Source: Alphaproteobacteria bacterium (GTDB taxonomy: Bacteria > Pseudomonadota > Alphaproteobacteria > Bin95). From it: DNA of 64,000 nt. Position 1 is the stretch's first letter; the number at the start of each line of letters is the position of its first letter. The translations under genes were made by a program, and so were the position numbers. The stretch covers positions 1,248,001 through 1,312,000 of the forward strand of contig CBDBGH010000003.1 in the NCBI GenBank assembly GCA_965205265.1. The letters are read 5' to 3'. The notes beneath the pieces are model-generated. The model was not told where the DNA came from, did not search any database, and was given only the letters and a program-made list of their open reading frames with translations. This document shows, piece after piece, positions 8,782 through 18,900 of this stretch.

Positions 8782-9849
8782 TCAGCCGCGGCGGTGCATC
8801 GCGAAGTGCGGTGCGATTTCTTCCGTGAAGCGCGTCATCTGGTCCTTGACCTCTTCATGCGGCTTCAGGCCGTAGTTGAAGTAGAGTACGACCTCGTCGA
8901 TGCCCGCCGCCTCCACCAGCTTCAGGTCCTCGACGATCTGCCCGGGCGGGCCGATCAGCACGGAGCGGTTGGTGAGCTTGTCGGGCGACATCTCGCGCAA
9001 GAGGCGACAGATCTCGACGAAATAGCGGTAGCTCGGCGGCGCGGTCGCCGGGTCGCCGGGGAAGGCCGCCACCAGCGCGTCCTGGAAGTAGCGCACCAGC
9101 GCCTCCCGGCCGCGCAGGTCCTCCGCCGGCGTGTCGGCGATATGGATGAAATAGGAGCAGACCGCCCGGCGCGGCGGCCGCGCATGTTCGTCCTCGCAGG
9201 TCCGCCGGTAGATTTCGACGGCCTCGGCCAGCGAGCCGTAAACCATGGCGGCGGCGAAGGGCGCATAGACGACATGCCAGTCGCGCCGGGCCGCCAGCTC
9301 CATGCTCGGGCGGGAGAAGCAGGCGACATGGGGCCTCAGCGGCCGCTGCGCCGGCTTCGGGCGCACATCCACATTCTCGAAGCGCCAGAAGCGCCCCTCA
9401 TGGGAGAACGGGCCGGTCTCCGTCCAGGCGCGCCAGACGATGTCCAGCCCTTCCGCGAAGGCCTCGGCCGAGTCCTCGAACGGCGCGCCGAAGGGGCCGT
9501 ATTCCAGCCGGTCGTAGCCGCGCCCGGCGGCGAAATCCACCCGCCCGCCGGAGAGCAGGTCGAGCGTCGCCCAGTCCTCCGCCACCTGCAGCGGATGGTG
9601 GACCGGCAGCAACACCACCGCCGGCGCCAGCCTTATGCGCGAGGTGGCGCCGGCAAGCTGCGCCAGCAGCATGTGCGGCGAGGCGTTGACGCCCAAGAGG
9701 TTGAAATGGTGCTCGCCGATCCAAGCGGAATCGAGGCCGACGGCCTCGGCGTGGAGCGCCTGCTGGTAAATTTCGCGGACCAGCGTTTCGGCCGAGCGCG
9801 TATTGCCGGGATAGCGGTTGTCGGAAAGGGTGAAGTAGCCGAACTTCAC
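8782..9849 (-). CDS. LLM-class (luciferase-like) flavin-dependent oxidoreductase
   Basis: AWIGEHHF, HHPLQVAEDWATLDLLSGGR. Confidence 0.9.
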   Translation of the reverse strand: MKFGYFTLSDNRYPGNTRSAETLVREIYQQALHAEAVGLDSAWIGEHHFNLLGVNASPHMLLAQLAGATSRIRLAPAVVLLPVHHPLQVAEDWATLDLLSGGRVDFAAGRGYDRLEYGPFGAPFEDSAEAFAEGLDIVWRAWTETGPFSHEGRFWRFENVDVRPKPAQRPLRPHVACFSRPSMELAARRDWHVVYAPFAAAMVYGSLAEAVEIYRRTCEDEHARPPRRAVCSYFIHIADTPAEDLRGREALVRYFQDALVAAFPGDPATAPPSYRYFVEICRLLREMSPDKLTNRSVLIGPPGQIVEDLKLVEAAGIDEVVLYFNYGLKPHEEVKDQMTRFTEEIAPHFAMHRRG

Positions 9850-9861
9850 GGGGGGAAGCCG

Positions 9862-10758
9862 CTAACCGCCGGTGCGGGCCCGGATGAAGGCCGCCGCCTC
9901 GTCGATGCCCTCGCCCGCGCGGTCGAGCAGGCGGTCGAACCAGTGCCAGACATGGATCATCTCGTCCGCCACGGTGAGCTGCACCTCGACGCCCGCCCGC
10001 CGGGCCGCTGCGGCCAGCGACACCGAATCGTCCAGCAGCACTTCCTCGCTGCCGACCTGGACCAGCAGCGGCGGCAGGCCCTCAAGATCGGCGTAGAGCG
10101 GCGACGCCCAAGGATGGCGGCGGTCCGTGTCGTCGCCGAGATAGACGCCCGTCCAGCGCTCGATCTGGTCCTTCTTCACCATCGGGTCCGAGTCGGCCTT
10201 GGTCGCGTAGGAGCCGGCTTCCAGCGTCATGTCGGTCCAGGGAGAGATGCAGAGCCCGCCGGCCGGCATGGGCAGCCCGTCGTCGCGCGCCTTTATGAGC
10301 GCGGCGACCGTCAGGCCGCCGCCCGCCGAGTCGCCGCCGATGACGGCGCGGGCCGGGTCGATGCCGCTCTCCAGCAGGCCCTGCCACGCGGCCGCGCCGT
10401 CCTCGACGGCGGCGGGAAAGGGATGCTCGGGCGCGAGGCGATAGTTCGCCGAAAAGGCATGCACGCCGGCGCCGGCCGCCAGCGCCGCGACCATGTGCCG
10501 GTGCGAGCGCGTGGAGCCCAGCACATAGCCGCCGCCGTGGAAGTAGAGCAGCGCCCGGGCCGGGTCCGCGCCCTCGGGCCGCAGCCATTCGCCCGGAACG
10601 CCGCCGAGGGAGCCGGGCTCGCGGGAAATGCCGTCCGGCAGCGGGAATATCTCGACCGCGCGGTCGTATTCCTCCCGGAGGTCGGCGATGGCGGCGGTCG
10701 CGCCGTCCGGCCGTTCGGCAAGCTTCACCCGCAAGGCGGAGATCGAACGGTCTTTCAT
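9862..10758 (-). CDS. HSL-family esterase/lactone hydrolase
   Basis: HGGGY, YRLAPEHPFPAA, GDSAGG, MIHVW. Confidence 0.9.
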   Translation of the reverse strand: MKDRSISALRVKLAERPDGATAAIADLREEYDRAVEIFPLPDGISREPGSLGGVPGEWLRPEGADPARALLYFHGGGYVLGSTRSHRHMVAALAAGAGVHAFSANYRLAPEHPFPAAVEDGAAAWQGLLESGIDPARAVIGGDSAGGGLTVAALIKARDDGLPMPAGGLCISPWTDMTLEAGSYATKADSDPMVKKDQIERWTGVYLGDDTDRRHPWASPLYADLEGLPPLLVQVGSEEVLLDDSVSLAAAARRAGVEVQLTVADEMIHVWHWFDRLLDRAGEGIDEAAAFIRARTGG

Positions 10759-10780
10759 GGGATGGCTCCCTTCCGGCCTT

Positions 10781-11038
10781 TCAGCCGCCTTCCAGCTTCG
10801 GGATGAAGAACACCTCGCCGCCCGGCGGCACGGGCTGGAAATAGGCGGTCTCGTGCATCATGCCGTCTATGGCGACGGTGGTCTCTTCCACCAGGCGTTC
10901 GCCGAGGCCCGGAAAGCGCTCGTTCATCGCGCGGATGACATCGCGCAGGAGGCGGGCCTCGACCTCGAATTCGCGCACGCCCCCGGTGAAGGCGCGCGCG
11001 AACCCTTCGGTGAACCGCACCTGGACGGTCGGACCCAT
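10781..11038 (-). CDS. MoaD/ThiS ubiquitin-like protein
   Basis: 85 aa, beta-grasp-like pattern, C-terminal EGG. Confidence 0.8.
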   Translation of the reverse strand: MGPTVQVRFTEGFARAFTGGVREFEVEARLLRDVIRAMNERFPGLGERLVEETTVAIDGMMHETAYFQPVPPGGEVFFIPKLEGG

Positions 11039-11056
11039 GAAGCCCCCGCCCCGTCC

Positions 11057-13339
11057 TCAGTCGTCGCCGTCCGCCCCGTTCGCGTCGATGGCCGCAAGCA
11101 GCCTCGGCGGCGACATCGGCAGCTCGTACATCCGTGTGCCCACCGCCCCGTCGATGGCGTTGGCGATCGCGGCCATGGGCGGGCAGATATTCACCTCGCC
11201 CACGCCCTTGACGCCATAGGGGTGGCTCGGATTGGGGACCTCGACGAGCACCGCGTCGATCATCGGCAGGTCGGAGGCCACCGGCACGCGGTAGTCCAGG
11301 AAGCCCGGATTCTCCAGCCGGCCCTTGTCGTCGTAGATGTATTCCTCGTTCAGCGCCCAGCCGATGCCCTGCACGACGCCGCCCTGGATCTGGCCCTCGA
11401 CATAGGAGGGATGGATCGCGCGGCCCACGTCCTGGGCCGCGATGAAGCGCAGCACCTGCACATGGCCGGTCTCGGGATCGACCTCGATATCGCAGAACTG
11501 GCTGGAGAAACCCGGAGCCTGCGCGCCGGCATTGACGGTGCCGGCCGCGCCGATGGGCCCGCCTGTCAGCGCCCGTTTGGCCGCGAGCTCGCCGATGGTG
11601 AGCGGCTCGAAATCGCCGACATTGGCGCCGGCGGGGTGGGCCGCGCCGTCCCGCCATTCCACGGCATCGACATCGACATCCCAGATCATCGCGGCGCGTT
11701 GGCGCAAATCGTCGATCACCTTGTTGCAGGCCTGGTGGACGGCGATGCCGGTGGCGAAGGTCACGCGGCTGCCGCCGGTGACATGCGTGTAGCCGACCGA
11801 CGCCGTGTCGGAGACGACGCAACGCACCTTGTCGTAATCGACGCCGAAGGTCTCGGCCGCCATCAGCGCCATGCTGGCGCGCGAGCCGCCGACATCGACG
11901 CTGCCGCTGCCGACGATCACCGTGCCGTCGTCGTTCACATGGACGGTGGCGCTCGATTCGCCGCCGCCGTTGAACCAGAAGCCCGAGGCGACGCCGCGGC
12001 CCTGGTTCGGCCCGATGGGCTTCCTGTAGTCCGGGTGCGCCATGAGCGCTTCCAGCGTCTCGACATAGCCGTCATGGCTGAGCTTCGGCCCATAGACCAT
12101 CTGGGTGCCCTGGCGGGCGGCGTTCTTCAGGCGGAATTCCACCGGGTCCATGCCGACCTTCTTGGCCAGCATGTCGAGCACGCTCTCGACCCCGAAGGCC
12201 GAGATCGGCGAGCCGGGCGCGCGGTAGGCCGCCGCCTTCGGGCGGTTGCACACCACGTCGTAGCCGACCGTGCGCGCATTCTCGATGTCGTAGGGCGCGA
12301 AGGCGCACATGCAGGCATTCATCACCGGCGAGCCGGGGAAGGCGCCCGCCTGGAAGTTGAAGGTGGCGTCGGCGGCTGTGATCTTCCCGTCGCCGGTGCA
12401 GCCGATCCTGACGGTCATCGACGCGCCGGAAGTCGGGCCCGTCGCCTTGAAGACCTCCTCGCGCGTCATCTGCATGCGCACCGGCTGGCTGCATTTCCGC
12501 GAGAGCGCGGCCGCCAGCGGCTCCAGATAGACGATGGTCTTGCCGCCGAAGCCGCCGCCGATCTCCAGCGCCGTTGCGCGAATATCGCCGGGGCTGACGC
12601 CGAGCAGCTTGGCGGTCATGGCGCGAACCACGAAATGGCCCTGGCTCGACGACCAGATCTCGCCCTGCCCGTCGGCATCGAAGCGCGCCATGCAGGCATG
12701 GGTCTCGATATAGCCCTGGTGGACGGGCGCGGTCCTGAAGCTCTTCTCGACGACGTGGTCGGCCGCGGCGAAGCCTGCCTCGAGGTCGCCGATGGCGAAT
12801 TCGAGCCGCTTCGAGATGTTGGAGGGCTTGTCGGGCGCGGGCTCGACGCCGCGGGTAATCATGTCGTCGAACAAGAGCGGCGCGTCCGGCTTCATCGCCT
12901 CATCGACATCGATCACATGCGGCAGCACCTCGTAATCGACTTCGATGAGCGAAACGGCCTCCTCGGCGACGGCGGCGCTCGCCGCGGCGACGGCGGCCAC
13001 GGCATGGCCCTCATAGAGCGCCTTCTCGCGCGCCATGATGTTGCGGGTGATGTGCCAGAAATTCTGCGCGACCCGCTCCGGGCCGATATAGGCGAACTCG
13101 TGGTCCGGGAAGTCGGCGGAGGTGACCACCGCCCGGACGCCCGGCAGCGCCTCGGCCTTCGAGGTGTCGATGCCCCGGATGCGCGCATGGGCGTGGGGGC
13201 TGCGCAGCACCTTGCCGATCAGCTCGCCGGGCAGCCGGTAATCGGCGCCGTACTGGGCGCGGCCGGTGACTTTCGGCACGCCGTCCGGACGGACGGGGCG
13301 GGTGCCAACCCACTTGAACTCTTTCGCTTCGGCGCTCAT
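11057..13339 (-). CDS. xanthine dehydrogenase-family molybdopterin-binding (large) subunit
   Basis: KVTGRAQY, RSPHAHARI, IGGGFGGK, AYRAPG, VEGQIQGG, GVKGVGE; ATG at 13339. Confidence 0.92.
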   Translation of the reverse strand: MSAEAKEFKWVGTRPVRPDGVPKVTGRAQYGADYRLPGELIGKVLRSPHAHARIRGIDTSKAEALPGVRAVVTSADFPDHEFAYIGPERVAQNFWHITRNIMAREKALYEGHAVAAVAAASAAVAEEAVSLIEVDYEVLPHVIDVDEAMKPDAPLLFDDMITRGVEPAPDKPSNISKRLEFAIGDLEAGFAAADHVVEKSFRTAPVHQGYIETHACMARFDADGQGEIWSSSQGHFVVRAMTAKLLGVSPGDIRATALEIGGGFGGKTIVYLEPLAAALSRKCSQPVRMQMTREEVFKATGPTSGASMTVRIGCTGDGKITAADATFNFQAGAFPGSPVMNACMCAFAPYDIENARTVGYDVVCNRPKAAAYRAPGSPISAFGVESVLDMLAKKVGMDPVEFRLKNAARQGTQMVYGPKLSHDGYVETLEALMAHPDYRKPIGPNQGRGVASGFWFNGGGESSATVHVNDDGTVIVGSGSVDVGGSRASMALMAAETFGVDYDKVRCVVSDTASVGYTHVTGGSRVTFATGIAVHQACNKVIDDLRQRAAMIWDVDVDAVEWRDGAAHPAGANVGDFEPLTIGELAAKRALTGGPIGAAGTVNAGAQAPGFSSQFCDIEVDPETGHVQVLRFIAAQDVGRAIHPSYVEGQIQGGVVQGIGWALNEEYIYDDKGRLENPGFLDYRVPVASDLPMIDAVLVEVPNPSHPYGVKGVGEVNICPPMAAIANAIDGAVGTRMYELPMSPPRLLAAIDANGADGDD

Positions 13340-13507
13340 CCACAGGGTCTCCAGAATCGGGGCGTAACGGTCCCGCCTATGCAAGCCCATCCGGCAGCCG
13401 CGCGCAAGTGCGGCGGCGCGCGCGAAGGGTAAGGGACTTGCCCCGGCCGGCGGTTTCGGCAAGCTGGCGGAAGGTGACCGTTTTCCTGCACCGGGAGGCT
13501 GCCGGCG

Positions 13508-14356
13508 TTGCAGATCGTTCCGTTCGATGCCCCACTCGGGGCGGAGTTGCGCGGGCTGGACGCCGCGCTGCCGGTCGGCGCGGCGGGCGCGGAGGCGCTT
13601 TGCCGCGCGCTCGACGAACATCTCGTGCTGCTCGCGCGCGGCCAGCGGCTGGACGACCCGGCGCTGATGGCCTTCTCCCGCATCTTCGGCGAGTTGGACC
13701 CGCCGGGGCCGAACCCCTATGGCGCGCCGTTCCTGCCGGAGTTCCCGGAGATCAACGTCATCTCCAATGTGGTCGAGAACGGCCGCCCCATCGGCAATCT
13801 GGGCGCGGGCGAGGCGGTCTGGCATGCGGACATGACCTATGTCGAAAAGCCGCCCAGGGCCGCGCTCCTCTACGCGCTGGAGGTCCCGGAAGGCGAGGGC
13901 GACACATATTTCGCCAACCAGTTCGCCGCCTGGGATGCGCTTGCGGAAGTGGACAAGGCCCGGATCGAGGGGCTCCGCTCGGTCCATGACAGCGCGCATA
14001 ACAGCGCCGGCATGCTGCGGCGGGGCTACCGCGAATCCAGCGACCCGCGCGAGACGCCGGGCGCGCGCCAGCCGCTGGTGCGCACCGACCCGGCGACGGG
14101 CAGGAGGGCGCTCTTCCTCGGCCGGCGGCCCCATGCCTGGGTCGTCGGGCTTGAGGTGGCGGAGAGCGATGCGCTGCTGGACCGCCTCTGGGCCCATGCC
14201 TCCGACCCGCGCTTCGTCTGGCGCCACCGCTGGCGGCCGGGCGACCTGCTGGTCTGGAACAATCTGGGCGTGCTGCATCGCCGCGACGCCTTCGACGCCA
14301 AGGCCCGCCGGATCATGCACCGCACCCAGATCCGGGGCGAGCGGGAGATCGCGTGA
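13508..14356 (+). CDS. TauD/TfdA family 2-oxoglutarate dioxygenase
   Basis: WHADMTY, GDTYFAN, WRPGDLLVWNN, HRR. Confidence 0.9.
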   Translation: MQIVPFDAPLGAELRGLDAALPVGAAGAEALCRALDEHLVLLARGQRLDDPALMAFSRIFGELDPPGPNPYGAPFLPEFPEINVISNVVENGRPIGNLGAGEAVWHADMTYVEKPPRAALLYALEVPEGEGDTYFANQFAAWDALAEVDKARIEGLRSVHDSAHNSAGMLRRGYRESSDPRETPGARQPLVRTDPATGRRALFLGRRPHAWVVGLEVAESDALLDRLWAHASDPRFVWRHRWRPGDLLVWNNLGVLHRRDAFDAKARRIMHRTQIRGEREIA

Positions 14357-14360
14357 GGCC

Positions 14361-15053
14361 ATGAAACGGTTCTACGAGCAGGCGGACGCCGTTCCGCTCG
14401 AATGCGGCGGCTACGGCGTGGCACTGGACGGCCGCCGGGTGCGCACGCCGGCGGGCCGCCCCCTCGTGCTGCCGAGCCGGGCGCTGGCGGCGGCGGTGGC
14501 GGGCGAATGGACCGCACAGGGTGAGACGGTACAGCCCCGGACCATGGCGATGATGACGCTGTCCGCAACCGCGCTCGACCGGGTCGCGCCGCGCGTGCGC
14601 GAGGTTGCGGCCGAGATCGCGCGCTATGGCGAGACCGACCTGCTCTGCTACCGCGACGCGGCCGGCGGCGAGCTCGCGCGGCGGCAGAACGCCGCCTGGC
14701 AGCCCGTGCTCGACTGGCTGGCGGCAACCCACGGCGCAAAGCTCGGCACGGTTGCGGGCGTGATGCCGGCCGCGCAGGAGAAGGGCGCGCTCGAAGCGCT
14801 CCGGCGCGCGGTGGACGCCCACGAGCCGTTCCGCCTGACGGCGCTGTACACGGCCGTCGCCGCCACCGGCTCCGCCGCGCTCGGCATGGCGCTCCTCGGC
14901 GGACGGCTGAACGCCTGCCAGGCATGGCGCTGCGCACGCCTCGACGACGAGTGGCAGGCGGAGCGCTGGGGCGAGGAAGAGGATGCGCGCAAGCGGGGCA
15001 GGGCGCTGAGGGACGAACTCGCCGCCGTCGAACGATTCGCGGCGTTGCTATAG
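14361..15053 (+). CDS. ATP12 family F1-ATPase assembly chaperone
   Basis: [30 protein letters not shown]. Confidence 0.9.
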   Translation: MKRFYEQADAVPLECGGYGVALDGRRVRTPAGRPLVLPSRALAAAVAGEWTAQGETVQPRTMAMMTLSATALDRVAPRVREVAAEIARYGETDLLCYRDAAGGELARRQNAAWQPVLDWLAATHGAKLGTVAGVMPAAQEKGALEALRRAVDAHEPFRLTALYTAVAATGSAALGMALLGGRLNACQAWRCARLDDEWQAERWGEEEDARKRGRALRDELAAVERFAALL

Positions 15054-15082
15054 CCGGGGCTGAACAAGGAGGCCGGAGGCCC

Positions 15083-16615
15083 ATGACCGACATAGTGGAC
15101 ATGCTGGAAGCCAAGCGTACCCGGGCCCGCCTCGGCGGCGGGGAGAAGCGCATCGAGGCGCAGCACCGGCGCGGCAAGCTGACGGCGCGCGAACGGCTGG
15201 AGGTGCTGCTCGACGAAGGCTCCTTCGAGGAATACGACATGTTCGTGGAGCACCGCTGCGCCGATTTCGGCATGGAGGCGCAGCGCATTCCGGGCGACGG
15301 CGTGGTCACCGGCCACGGCACCGTGAACGGGCGGTTGGTCTTCGTCTTCAGTCAGGACTTCACCGTGTTCGGCGGTTCGCTCTCCGAGGCGCATGCGGAG
15401 AAGATCTGCAAGGTGATGGACCGGGCGATGAAGGTCGGCGCGCCGGTCGTCGGCCTCAACGATTCGGGCGGCGCGCGCATACAGGAGGGCGTCGCCTCGC
15501 TCGGCGGCTATGCCGAGGTGTTCCAGCGCAACGTGCTGGCCTCCGGCGTCGTGCCGCAGGTCTCGGTCATCATGGGGCCCTGCGCCGGCGGGGCGGTCTA
15601 TTCGCCGGCGATGACCGACTTCATCTTCATGGTGGAGGATACCTCCTTCATGTATGTCACCGGCCCCGATGTGGTCAGGACCGTGACCCACGAGACGGTG
15701 ACGCATGAGGAGCTCGGCGGGGCGCGCACCCACGCCAGGCGCTCCGGCGTCGCCGACCTTGCGCTCGACAACGACATCGAGGCGCTGCTGCAGGTCCGGC
15801 GCTTCCTGGGCTTCCTGCCGTCGTCCAACCGCGAGGCGCCGCCGCTGCGGCCCACGGAAGACCCGATAGACCGCCAGGAGCCCTCGCTCGACAGCCTGGT
15901 GCCCGCGAACCCGAACCAGCCCTACGACATCAAGGAGCTGATCCGGAAGACGGCGGACGAGGGCGTGTTCTTCGAGCTCCAGCCGGACTGGGCGGCCAAT
16001 ATCGTCATCGGCTTCGCCCGCTACGGAGGCCAGCCGGTCGGGGTCGTCGCCAACCAGCCGATGGTGCTGGCCGGCTGCCTCGACATAGACAGCGCGCGCA
16101 AGGGCGGGCGGTTCGTACGCTTCTGCGACGCCTTCAACCTGCCTATCGTCACCTTCGTCGATGTGCCGGGCTTCCTGCCGGGCACCGTCCAGGAATACGG
16201 CGGCATCATCAAGCACGGCGCGAAGCTCTTGTTCGCCTATGCCGAGGCGACGGTGCCGAAGGTCACGCTCATCACCCGCAAGGCCTATGGCGGGGCCTAT
16301 GACGTGATGAGCTCGAAGCATCTGCGCGGCGACGTGAACTATGCCTGGCCGCAGGCGGAAATCGCCGTGATGGGGGCCAAGGGCGCGGTCGAGATCATCT
16401 TCCGGCAGGACATCGGCGACGAGGAGAAGATCGCGGAGCGTACGGCGGAGTATGCGGAGAAATTCGCCAACCCCTTCATCGCCTCGGCGCGCGGTTATAT
16501 CGACGACGTGATCCACCCGCGCAACACCCGCTTCCGCATCTGCCGGTCGCTCGAGGTGCTGCGCAACAAGCGGTTGGAAAATCCCTGGAAGAAGCACGAC
16601 AATATCCCGCTTTAG
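15083..16615 (+). CDS. pccB: propionyl-CoA carboxylase beta chain
   Basis: [41 protein letters not shown]. Confidence 0.92.
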   Translation: MTDIVDMLEAKRTRARLGGGEKRIEAQHRRGKLTARERLEVLLDEGSFEEYDMFVEHRCADFGMEAQRIPGDGVVTGHGTVNGRLVFVFSQDFTVFGGSLSEAHAEKICKVMDRAMKVGAPVVGLNDSGGARIQEGVASLGGYAEVFQRNVLASGVVPQVSVIMGPCAGGAVYSPAMTDFIFMVEDTSFMYVTGPDVVRTVTHETVTHEELGGARTHARRSGVADLALDNDIEALLQVRRFLGFLPSSNREAPPLRPTEDPIDRQEPSLDSLVPANPNQPYDIKELIRKTADEGVFFELQPDWAANIVIGFARYGGQPVGVVANQPMVLAGCLDIDSARKGGRFVRFCDAFNLPIVTFVDVPGFLPGTVQEYGGIIKHGAKLLFAYAEATVPKVTLITRKAYGGAYDVMSSKHLRGDVNYAWPQAEIAVMGAKGAVEIIFRQDIGDEEKIAERTAEYAEKFANPFIASARGYIDDVIHPRNTRFRICRSLEVLRNKRLENPWKKHDNIPL

Positions 16616-16638
16616 GGGGCTTGAGGGGGACGGCAAGG

Positions 16639-18180
16639 ATGCAATTCGAGACCTTCGACTGGATTGCGCATAACGCCTCGCGACGGCCGGAAAAGACCGC
16701 GCTGGTCGATCTCGCAAGCGGGCGCGAAATCGACTATGCGGAGATGGACCGGCGGGTCGGGCGGCTGGCGGGCTTCCTGCGCGGCCGGCTGGGGATCGGA
16801 TCGGGCGACCGCGTGGCGCTGCTGGCGGAGAACTCCACCGACTATCTGGAAATCCAGTTCGCCTGCTTCCGCGCCGGCGCGGTGTTCGTGCCGCTCAACT
16901 GGCGGCTCACCGTGCCGGAGCTCAACTATATCGTCGGCGACGCCGCGCCGAAGGCGATGATCCACGACCGGGCCTTCGCCGAAACGGCCGCGGCCGTGCA
17001 GGCGAAGACCGGCTTCGAGCACCGGCTGGAGACCGCGGCGGACGGCAGCCCTTCGGACTATGAGGCGGCGATAGAGGAGGGGCCTTACGAAGCCGAGATG
17101 GTCCCGCAGCAGATGTCGGACCTCTCGACCATCATGTACACCTCGGGCACGACCGGCCTGCCCAAGGGCGCGCGCATCACCCACGGCATGACCTTCATCA
17201 ACACGGTGAATATCGGCATTCCGCACCGCATCTCCGCCGATTCGGTCACGCTCACCGTGCTGCCGCTGTTCCACACGGGCGGCCTCAACGCCTATGCCAA
17301 TCCCGTGCTGCATGCGGGCGGCAAGGCGGTAGTCGCGCGGAGCTTCGACCCCGAGCAGTGCTTGCGCCTGCTGGCCGACCCGGAAGCCGGCATCACCAAT
17401 TTCCTCGGCGTGCCGGCCAATTTCCAGTTCATGGCGCAGCTTCCGGCCTTCGAGCAGGCGGATTTCAGCCATGTCACTGTGTTCGGCGTCGGCGCCGCGC
17501 CTACGCCGCATGCGCTGATCGAGGTGTGGGCGGCGAGGGGCGGGCCGCTCGCCCAGGCCTATGGCATGACCGAGACCGCGCCGCTGGTCATGGCGCTCGA
17601 TCCCGTGGACGCCACGCGCAAGATCGGCTCGGCCGGCAAGCCCGTGCTCTACACCCGCACGCGGGTGATGACCGAGGACGGCCGCCAGGCCGCGCCGGGC
17701 GAGAGGGGTGAGCTTCAGGTCGCCGGGCCGAATGTGACCCCCGGCTACTGGAACAAGCCGCAGGAAACGGCCGAGTCCTTCGACGGCGAATGGCTGAAGA
17801 CGGGCGACGCCGTCTGGGTCGATGAGGAGGGCTACTACTACATCGTGGACCGCTGGAAGGACATGTACATCTCAGGCGGCGAGAACGTCTATCCGGCGGA
17901 GGTGGAGAACGTGCTCTACCGGCTGGACGGCATCGGGGAAGCCGCGGTGATCGGCATGCCGGACGAGCGCTGGGGCGAGGTCGGCTGCGCGGTCGTCGTC
18001 CGCCGCGAGGGCGCGGCGCTGGAGCCGCAGCAGATCCTCGACCATTGCGAGGGCCAGCTCGCCCGCTTCAAGCAGCCTCGCCGCATCCTGTTCATGGACG
18101 CGCTCCCCCGCAACGCCACCGGCAAGGTCCTCAAACACGAACTCCGCCGCATGCTGGCGGAGGGGGAATTGGGCGGGTAG
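16639..18180 (+). CDS. acyl-CoA synthetase (AMP-forming)
   Basis: YTSGTTGLPKG, YGMTE, KTGD, SGGENVYPAEVE, LPRNATGK. Confidence 0.92.
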   Translation: MQFETFDWIAHNASRRPEKTALVDLASGREIDYAEMDRRVGRLAGFLRGRLGIGSGDRVALLAENSTDYLEIQFACFRAGAVFVPLNWRLTVPELNYIVGDAAPKAMIHDRAFAETAAAVQAKTGFEHRLETAADGSPSDYEAAIEEGPYEAEMVPQQMSDLSTIMYTSGTTGLPKGARITHGMTFINTVNIGIPHRISADSVTLTVLPLFHTGGLNAYANPVLHAGGKAVVARSFDPEQCLRLLADPEAGITNFLGVPANFQFMAQLPAFEQADFSHVTVFGVGAAPTPHALIEVWAARGGPLAQAYGMTETAPLVMALDPVDATRKIGSAGKPVLYTRTRVMTEDGRQAAPGERGELQVAGPNVTPGYWNKPQETAESFDGEWLKTGDAVWVDEEGYYYIVDRWKDMYISGGENVYPAEVENVLYRLDGIGEAAVIGMPDERWGEVGCAVVVRREGAALEPQQILDHCEGQLARFKQPRRILFMDALPRNATGKVLKHELRRMLAEGELGG

Positions 18181-18214
18181 AAAGCTGTTTGGCTCCTTTT
18201 GTTCTCTTTTTGCA

Positions 18215-18247
18215 TTGACAGGCAGCAAACGTGAACAAACAATGGAC
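18215..18247 (+). promoter_or_regulatory. sigma70-type promoter overlapped by a putative alphaproteobacterial LexA box
   Basis: TTGACA (18215-18220)-N17-AACAAT (18238-18243); GAAC-N7-GGAC at 18233-18247. Confidence 0.5.
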
Positions 18248-18271
18248 TCCGGGTAACGGGGGTCTCCATCC

Positions 18272-18880
18272 ATGACTGAGTTGAATCGCTGGCTTGCGGA
18301 ATGGCAGCAGCCCGGCACCGTTTGGTATATCAAACGCCTTCCCGCGCATTGCATCCTTTCCAGCAGTGAAGGACGGAACGAATGGCTTATGCCGGCGCAC
18401 ATAATGGCGCGGGCATTTCCCGAACTGTATATGGTCAGAGCAGGCCATACCGACATTCGTTTCGACCTGTATGTCGATTCCCATGCGGAGCATCGTGTCG
18501 TTGGAATAGAAGGGATGAAGGGTAAGTTGCGTGGCTCGCCAAGCCGGCGGGTCTGCCTGATGGATTTGACCGGCACGCCTTCCGCGCTTCTGGACCCGGA
18601 GAATGTCGGTGCCATGACGCTGTTTGCGTTTCCGCCGGGCGGGCCGGAGAGCCCGAAATTCGGGACTAGGAGAAATGCGACGGAAGGCCGTGTCTGGATT
18701 ACGCGCACTGGCGACGAGGAGGACATCGTGGAAAATTATGTCGGCCCGGTCGATGGTCGACCTCCGATGACTTGGCGCATCCGGGAGAAGGGCTACGAGA
18801 ATATGGATGCCTTTCTGATGTCAATGGCCCGTTTGCACGCCGAGGAAAACGATGTCGAGAATGAGCTTCAGTTTGAATGA
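18272..18880 (+). CDS. stand-alone EcoRII N-terminal (effector-binding, B3-like) domain protein
   Basis: WL...YIKRL, FP, VDSH, LLDPENVGAMTLFAF, VW...DEEDIVE...G align by eye with recalled EcoRII-N; no catalytic domain follows. Confidence 0.75.
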   Translation: MTELNRWLAEWQQPGTVWYIKRLPAHCILSSSEGRNEWLMPAHIMARAFPELYMVRAGHTDIRFDLYVDSHAEHRVVGIEGMKGKLRGSPSRRVCLMDLTGTPSALLDPENVGAMTLFAFPPGGPESPKFGTRRNATEGRVWITRTGDEEDIVENYVGPVDGRPPMTWRIREKGYENMDAFLMSMARLHAEENDVENELQFE

Positions 18881-18900
18881 ACTTTAGGCAGCGTGAGTCT

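Noticed and set aside
11057-13339. Aerobic CO dehydrogenase CoxL
   Set aside because: The active-site loop reads AYRAPG, not AYxCSFR (form I) or AYxGAGR (form II), and coxM/coxS are not adjacent.
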